Translations under genes and position numbers: made by a program
NCBI GenBank assembly: GCA_045118975.1
Contig: JBGVCT010000009.1
Span: 278 to 64,277 of the forward strand
DNA: 64,000 nt
From: Bacilli bacterium
GTDB lineage: Bacteria; Bacillota_I; Bacilli_A; RFN20; DUOF01
Direction: 5' to 3'
Shown: positions 26,401 through 35,400 of the stretch, piece after piece
Numbering within the stretch: position 1 is the first letter of the stretch
How the letters are laid out: the number at the start of each line of letters is the position of its first letter
The notes under the pieces: model-generated
Told to the model about the DNA's origin: nothing
The model's input: the letters and a program-made list of their open reading frames with translations, nothing else
The model's database searches: none

Positions 26401-29400
26401 TCATTTTTTTGATATAATCCATTAGATTTATAAGTTATTGATCCAGATAATGTTAATGCATATAGATGATCATTTTCAAAATTAAACTTATTAATACTAC
26501 ATTCAATATAGTAATTTTCATCACCTGTATATGTTTTATATTCACAACTATTAGTTGCAGAACCAACAGGTAAATCATTACCTAACAAGTTGATTGCAGA
26601 TGATGAATCTGAAGCATTTATTAATTGTCCTGTTAATAAGAACTTAACAATAAGACTATTAAACTTACCATGAATTCTATCTCCAGGATTTTCAGGAGTA
26701 ATTTCCTCTCCATCAATTATAATTGAGTGAATCTTAGCAATACCTTCAGTTTTGAAATCAACATTTACATACTCATATACTTTTTCAAGAGTAACAGTTG
26801 TATTGTTAGTAGCACCATAATAAGTAGATAGAGATAAGTTAGAAACAATAACTTTAATTCCGTTCATATATTGTGGGTTACCTGCAGAGTTATTCTTAAA
26901 TGAACCCCTGCATGTAATTACAGATGTAAATGTAACAAAGTCAGTCAAATATTCACATTTTCTAGTTTCAATATCTATTACTGATTCTTCAACAATATTA
27001 TCGCCTGCTGGATTTATTGGATAAATCTCTATAGTAGAAGAATTTAATGATTTGATTAATGTAGGAACATTTATTGTTACTACAAAGTCTTGTCCATTAA
27101 TTACAGTAGATTCACTTGCTGCGCTACCTGGCGTAGGTTCGCTTAAATTAAGCTCTACATTTTCATTAGTAATAGTATAAGTATCTATCTTTAAATAGAA
27201 TTCCTTTGTAGTTACATTGTCATTAGAATCTTTAATTCCTACACTTATCTTTAAGAACTCATTATTTGCAAAACCTGCAAATAGAGTTGAATCAATTGCA
27301 AAGCTTCCTGTATATTCGCCATTTAGTATAACTAAGTCACTTATAGTAATACTATGAGCAACTGGAACCTCTATTGTTTCATCAGAATTTACTTTTGTTA
27401 TAGTTAAAAGCACATCATCTTTTGTAAATGAATAAGCTGAATTATCACTAAATGTAAATGAAACATTAGTAGTTTGGCTTGAATAGTAGAACTCATCTTC
27501 ATCATAGTGAGTATTATTAACTTTAACTTCTAGTTCAGGAGATGTATTATCAGCCGTAATACTTCCATACACTCTATCAATAAGATAATTAGAGTCAGTT
27601 GTAGTGAATAAATTTCTTGTAGGAGTTGTTCCATCTTTAGCAACAATTTCAACCTCATTGTTAACATCAGCAGCAAAATAAGCCAAAGAAGAAACACTAG
27701 GCATACGAACTGGAACATCTACATTATAGTATCTATACATTACGATGTTATTTTGAGGTACGTTTTCACTATAGTAAACCGTAGTTGTACCATCATAGTT
27801 TTTAGTAATATATGCACCCAAATCTATAGTAATTTGAGCTGGATCTATTCTACCAACATCAGCTACACTAATTGTTGGAATTAAATTAACTGTATAATTT
27901 GCAGCATCAGCAGTAATAAAATCACTTAATTCTATACGCACTTTTCCATCAGTTTCAACAACCTTATCAGGGAATGTAACTGTCTTAGCAATTAATCTTG
28001 CATCTACTCCCTCAGCAAAGAAGTCATTTACAACCACATATACATTATTGTGATCGTGATCGTAACTAGAATTGTCATAAATCTTTACTATTTGATTAGT
28101 AGCAGATAATTCTGCCCCAATAGTTGTGCCATCATACTTAAAGTAATCAACATCTTTTCCAGTTAAATTGAATGATAATGTCGCCCTGTATACAGTGTAG
28201 GCATCATTATAAGTAGCACCTAATGAGAAGGTTAATTTATCTGAAGTAGAATTAACTGTTATATCATAAGAACCAACAGGTGGAACGCCATTAGAACCTG
28301 TAACAGGTGATAATACTGCAACAGGAGTACCATTATTAGATAAAGTGAATGTATATGATGCCTTTAATGCTGCAATTTCTTCTGTAGAAAGTGGAGTCTT
28401 AGAACCATCTGCTTCAATTGCATAAGCATATTCAATACCAATATTAATATTCTTACCATAATCAGAGTGTAGAGTATTGAAATTCAAGTGTAATTCTATT
28501 TCCTTTTGAATTACACTAATACTTACACTTTGAGTAATTACAGAAGCAGTTGTAGGAGTAGTAAATACAACATTATGACTCTTTTCTATTATAGAAGAAC
28601 CTGCATCTAATTTAGTAGTATAAGTATATTTATATTTAGCTAATTCTTCCATTGTAGACTCAGTAAATATTTGAGTAGCAATATCACAATTACTATCATC
28701 TACTAAGCAATTAGCTGTATATTGTTTGAATGCGTTATATGGATTTCCTGCAGTCTTTAAATTTGCAGCATCATTACCATACAAATAAATTTCATAATCA
28801 TGTTTAGGAGTTAATGAAACATCAAATGCTGTTCCCCTTAAATCAGTTAATGACGCAACTAATGTAGCCATTGCATATGGAGGAATATGCTCAGTTGAAG
28901 AAATATTAAAGATTGCCTCCATTGAACCCCCACTTAATGTTGCTGCTACAGGAATCTTATATGGAAGTGTAAATATACCATTTCCATCAATAGCAGAAAT
29001 CATTCTTCCTGAAGTATCAAGAACTTTGTCTTTAGTTGCAGGTATTTTGTAAGTTGCACCATTTACAACAATAGTTATAATATTTGCAGCTACACTAGAA
29101 GTAATAGATTGAGCAGCAGAATCTAAATATGTAACTACATTAGTGCCATCTAATTTGAATTTAACATTATATTGTAAATAGAATGTTGAAGCACCACTTG
29201 AAGCTATTTTTACGTAGTTTATAAAGTTAGCATCTTCAGAATATATTCTAAATGCCATCTTTGGAGTACCAGAAGCTGTAGCTAATTGTTGACAATAGTA
29301 AGTTTTGTTTAATTCTCCTATTGTACAAGTAGTAGCGTTACTTACTTCATACTTTAATTCAGAATCATCTAATTGACTAAGTTTCTTAGTCTTAACATTA

Positions 29401-32400
29401 GTATCTATCTCAAATGTTGACTTATTACCGGCATTATCCTCTACAGTGAAACTAAATTGAGTATTACTTTCATTAGTTGAACCATATCTATTAACATCAA
29501 AAGTAACATAGAATTTACCAGAAACATAAGTACAACTTGAATTATTCAAATTAGAAGAAGGACTTCTAGCCTTACAACTGCTAGGATTTATACCAGATCC
29601 TGTACCATCAGATACTGTAATTTCATAAGTTACTGTTTCATTAGTTGTAATAGATGAACTTGAATTTAATACATAGTATAAATCTCCATCACCATATGTA
29701 CCAGTACCATTCTTTCTTTGTAGTTTAGATACAAATTCTGGATTAGTATTGTCTACAAAAATATTTAAGTCACCAGCTGTTGAATCATTTAAAACAATAG
29801 TCTTTCCATGACCTAATCTATCAACAACATGGATTCTCATTTGTTGATATGAATAATCACCAACACAATTAGTAATATTGAAAGTAAGAATCATTGTACT
29901 ATTAACTACTGGAACAATATTACATGTAGTTAATCTATCAGTTGAATTAACCATTAAGTATGATTCTTCAGTAATACCAGTAGTAGTAGATGTAAATGTA
30001 ATAGAATTTCTAGAATTGCTATTTACAAATAAATTCTTTGTTTGTGTAGATACACTTATACTATCATTTGAAACAAACTTATGTGTACCAGATACTGTTA
30101 CATCAAAATCAGCACTCATTAACGCATCACAATATTTGAATTCTTTTAATATAACTCTAATATTATCGAATGTTAATGTACCTGTAGGTAATGATGAAAT
30201 ATCTATATTGAATGAAATCTTTCCACCATCTACATATGTGCTAGGGTTATAACTAAGTGCAGCTAATTCAGATGAACCATCTATGCTTACTTTCTCATAT
30301 TCAAATGTTGCATATTCCTTCAATGAAACGTATTTTTTAATTGTATTTCCTTCTTTAAAGATAAGGATTACATTAGCTCCTGTAAAGTCTAAGTTTGTAT
30401 ATGAGAAACTTGAAGTTGTATCAGTTAATGTAAAGCTAATTACATTGCTGTTTGCAAGATAAGTTATGCTTGTACTTGTATTTGTAAATGACTTTTCAAA
30501 TCCTTTATACGCTGATACTTCTACTTGGTTAATTACAGATAATGCCAAAGCAATAGTATCTTCTGCACCTAAGTGAGCATGTGCTCCTGAAGCAACATTT
30601 CTAGTAAATACAATGCCATCAATATTATTCCATGTTCTCTTAACTTTAAATTTAAATCTTATAGTTAATTCTTTAGCAGTAGCATCATAAGATGTACTAC
30701 TAGCATCTATTTCATCAAAGTTATATTCTCTACCATTATCACTTCTTAAGAATATAGTTCCACCAATAAAGTTAATATTAGCAGGATTTAAAATAGAATA
30801 TGCTTTACCTTGACTGTAATAATATAAGTCTTCATGATGAATGTTTTGGATGATAACTTCGATAGCAAGATTATCGCCAACAACAACACTAGGAGCGTTA
30901 GAATTTTCTACGTCATTAATAAATATCTTATAATTATCTTTAACAGTTGGAACATCAACGTTGTTAATAAACTTATATTCAAATGAACTCTTATTAGTAA
31001 ATTGATTGAATTTTAAGGTATTAGCAGGTATTGAAACTGTATAGAATTTAGATGTAGAAATCGCTGTAATAACAGGAGATCCTGGATCTATAGAAATCAT
31101 TGATTTTCCTTCATATTTAACTGCAGATGAAGCATTAATTTCATAGCTATTAAGAGTATAGTCAGAAGAATATACACTTACAATTATTGTACCTGTAAGA
31201 GTAGCACTACTTATACCTTCAGTTGTAGTAACAATATGTAGGTATAATTTATTATTGTTAGTACTCAAATCAGAGAAATAGTATGTCTCATAATCATTGC
31301 TACCAGTTAAAGAGAATTCCCCAATTTTAGCATCACTATTATTCAATATTTCTAATTTAGATGAACTAATCCTATGGTTAATTCCCATAATGTTATATTT
31401 TCCACTAGCAGGAGTATATTTATAACCACTATTAACATTAACTAAATTTGTACCATCATAGTTATAAACAGCTTGTGTCATATCATAATATACGTTAGAG
31501 TCTACAATTGATGGAATGATACTAATTTGTGTATCAGTAAAGTACATTTCAATTTTTCTTTCTAATGTATATAGTTCATGTGGTGTAGTACCATCTTTTT
31601 CTATTATTTTAAATGTTATTTTTAAAGTATATTTACCTGATTTAAATCCTGTTCCCTTAGCAAAAGTTATGTTAGTTCCAGATTTTGTTTGAGTAATTTT
31701 TGTGCCAACAGAAGAATCTAAGTCCACATTACTTGGAGTAACCTTATAGTTTACACAATATCCATCTGTATCAGAAGCATTATCACTAGAACAGTTAACA
31801 GCATCTTTTAGTTTAAATCTCGTAAATGCATATGTTTCTGCTTCTCCTGTAGCAACTGAAATAGCAGTAAAGTCTTCATTATCTAAAGTAAAACTATTAG
31901 CATCAATAAAGTGAACTAGAATAGTGTATGTATAGATATTAGTATCGTTATCTCCAGAACAATCAACACCAGTAGTTCCAGCAGGCATACAACCTAGTAT
32001 TTTATTACCCTCTTTAGATGGTTTAAATGTCATTGTATAAGATGATTCGCCCAATGATAAGATAACACTTGAAGTATTGTATTTATCAGTGTTAGAAAAA
32101 TAGTTCTTCCAAGAATTTGCAGATATTGTACTTGTTAGCGTTTTATTATTTGCATCTTTAGTTAAATATAAAGTTAAAGTATATTGACCATTAGCCTCTG
32201 CCTCATCAACATATTTAACATCAATTGGATTATTACTTAATTTCAATCCGTTCTTAGCTGTTGCCTTAACATGCTCATGGAATGTTTTATCCAATTTTAC
32301 AAATGTATAGACAATTGTATTAGTATTTGAATATGCGTCAGTAGCAGTTATAGTTAGCGTTGTGTTAGCAGTTATCTTACCACCAAATATGTTACTAACT

Positions 32401-35400
32401 GTATTGCCAGTAGATCCTACTCCAACATTAGAAAGTAGAGTCGTTTCTGCTCCACTATTAACCTTCTTTTTAACAGTAACAGTATTTTGTCCTAAGTTAT
32501 CAAATACAGCATCAATTTTAGCCTCTTTTATAAAGTAGAAGGTAGTCTCACTACTTGAAGAAACTTGTAAATTATTAGCATTATTCTCAAGCACATTTGA
32601 GAATCCCATATTAAATCTAACACCACGTTTGTCATAATTAACAGTAAATGATGTAGAGTTACCACTAAAGTCTGTAATGTATACAAATACCTTACCATAA
32701 GCTGTTTCACTAACCTTTGGTATGCTATGAATTACTGTATCATTATTTGCTTTAGTCGTTTTATTTCCTCCCTCAGGTTGAGTCTCATATGTATAAGAAA
32801 GTAGACTTACATTTGTTCCTCTAGCATTCTTTAAATCATTATACTTAGCCGAATTATCACTCGGAGCATCATTAATTGAATCTGCATTAATTAGAGCCCC
32901 AAGAGTAGGCTTAGATGAATTAATATTTATTCCATAGGTACTTCCTTGATCAGTAAATGTTGATGTTGTTATCGTTCCATTAGCACCAGTTACATCAGGT
33001 GCTTTTCTATCAATTACAACATAGAATCTTAATTTGTTAACTTTATCTGCACTCGATCCATACACAGTAACAGCCATAACAATTTCGCCATTAGATAAGC
33101 TAGACAAAGCAGAGCTACTCAATGATAATTTTTCGCCTGTTTTTGTTGTTGAAACATAGCATCCACCAGAAAAACTAACATCAGATGTATTCAAAAATCC
33201 AGTAAGCGTAGTAGTAGAACACGTTCCAATAATCATAGCAAACTCAACGTCATAATATAGATTTGCCTTATTATAAGAAGAGTTATTTTGTTCTATCACA
33301 ACATTTCCGGTTGTATCATGTGGTAAATATGCCTTTTTCAAATTATCTGAAGAAGTGAAATTCACCGGATTCTCTATATTTGCATGTACAGTAGTAGATG
33401 TATATGACATCTTCATATCTGGTTTTTCATTACTTACATATAAACTAGTTGTTATTGCACATTCTGCTTGACCTTTAGTACAATAATAATTTCCTGCCTT
33501 ATCATAGAAATTTTCTACATAAATAGTAAGTGGCGTATTAGATTTAAACACACGTCCCGAACCATGGGCGGTTATCAAACCATTGACTACAGTTGTTGCA
33601 GTAATTGTCTGAGTCGTTTTATATTTCGTAAATGACGAAGAAAGTGAAACATTCCCTCCAGAAATAGCTCCTGTAATTCTAGTGTTCAAAGTTAGAGAAT
33701 TATTACTATTAGATGAAGACCAATGATTATCTTTGATTGACAAACTTATCACAGGGTCAACACAATATGTTGCTTGACTAGTACAGTTTCTACTTGTCTT
33801 ATTATATGTTGTACCATTGATAGTCATGGTTCCTGAATCATCAAAAGATATAGCCGCTTGTGGTTTTTCGTTATCCACAATAACAGTTATTTTTAAAACC
33901 GTTCCACTACCTGGTGAATTTCCAGCCTTATCCTTTAAATTACCAATAGTTATGTCTACGCTTGTTGAACCTGAACCACTATAAGAAATATTAGTATAAC
34001 AATATCCGTTTTCATACTTACCTGCGCTAGCATATGTCGTCGATGAAACCGTACAAGTAGGAGTTCCTTGTAAATCACTGGCATTAGGCACAGTACCTTT
34101 GACCAATATGGATGTTGTATTACCGCCATTACCATCATCTTGGTATGAGTTTATATAATAAGTATTCGCAGTATCAGAATCAGCATTAACCTTAATTTGT
34201 CCATTGTTTTTCGAAACTTCCCAGTTCACTGACGGACCTGTCTTATCGTATACAATATTAATAATCCAACCCAATCCATTGCCTATAGCATCTGTTGGCG
34301 TCAATACATAAGAATACGTTCCAACATCATTATTTAATGAAAGAGTAACAGTTGCAGTTTTACTTGTTTGTCCATTAAAACTAGTTTTGCCAGTAGAAGT
34401 AACGTTGGTTCCACTGCCCCCCATGTCCTTCATACCAACATTATCAGCAGCAGTAACAGACAATGATACAGAACTGTTTTTTGTGTAAATTGTGATAGGC
34501 CCACTAGTATAATCAGTTCCGCCATAAGAAATTTTTGATATTACCGGTCGGCTAGTATCCACTTTAAAAGTGGATAAAGAATATGTTTTCTTGGTAGTGC
34601 TATTAGAAGACAGCGAACTACTATATCCGACATAAACCTTATAACTTCCAAAAGACCCTTCGGAAAAATTATATGAACCAGTACATTTATAATTTGTATG
34701 ATAGGTGCCACTAGTGTGATTATTGTTCTTTGTACAAGTTATATATTTATTTGTTTGTCCATTAATTGGGACCGGATTTCCGGTATTATCATATATCGCA
34801 GCATACATCGCTTTATCTGCTATTTTTGAATAAGCATCTATTTCAAGAGTTAAAGACCCCGTTGGAAAAACAACATCATATAAAGAATTTATACTTTTTG
34901 TCTCAGTTATTCCAGAAGTATTTGTATACTTAAATTGTGCCGTAGAAACATATGGAGGGATTTTATCATAAAAAGTTTCTGTCCAATCATATGTACAGTC
35001 GCCCCAGCAACCACCATCAGTACGTAAATACATGGTAACAGTGGTAGAAGACTTTCCCTTACCATAACTTAAATTAAATGTGCAACCACTTTGTTTATTT
35101 CCCGTAGGATTTGATATAGATGAATCTGTCCCTGAAGCACGTGAAACTTTTATATAATAATAAAAAGTATCGTCGTCGCCATCATCGTAAGGGTCAGTAG
35201 TACCTAGGTGACACTCCGTTGTAGTAGAGCTACCCACTTTAGCCTTTATATAAATTTCCTTGCTCTTCTTTTTTCCGATGAACCAATATATACCATTAGA
35301 ACGGTTGAAAGTGCCATCAGAACTAGTAATATTGTGTGACGCATTTGCAATATCAGCCTTTACCGGGTTTGCTTCCAACACAAACATCGATAGCATAAAG

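Noticed and set aside
25735-26412. 225-aa antisense ORF (and other small ORFs) within the giant gene
   Set aside because: In-register antisense shadow of a biased-codon gene; no independent coding evidence.
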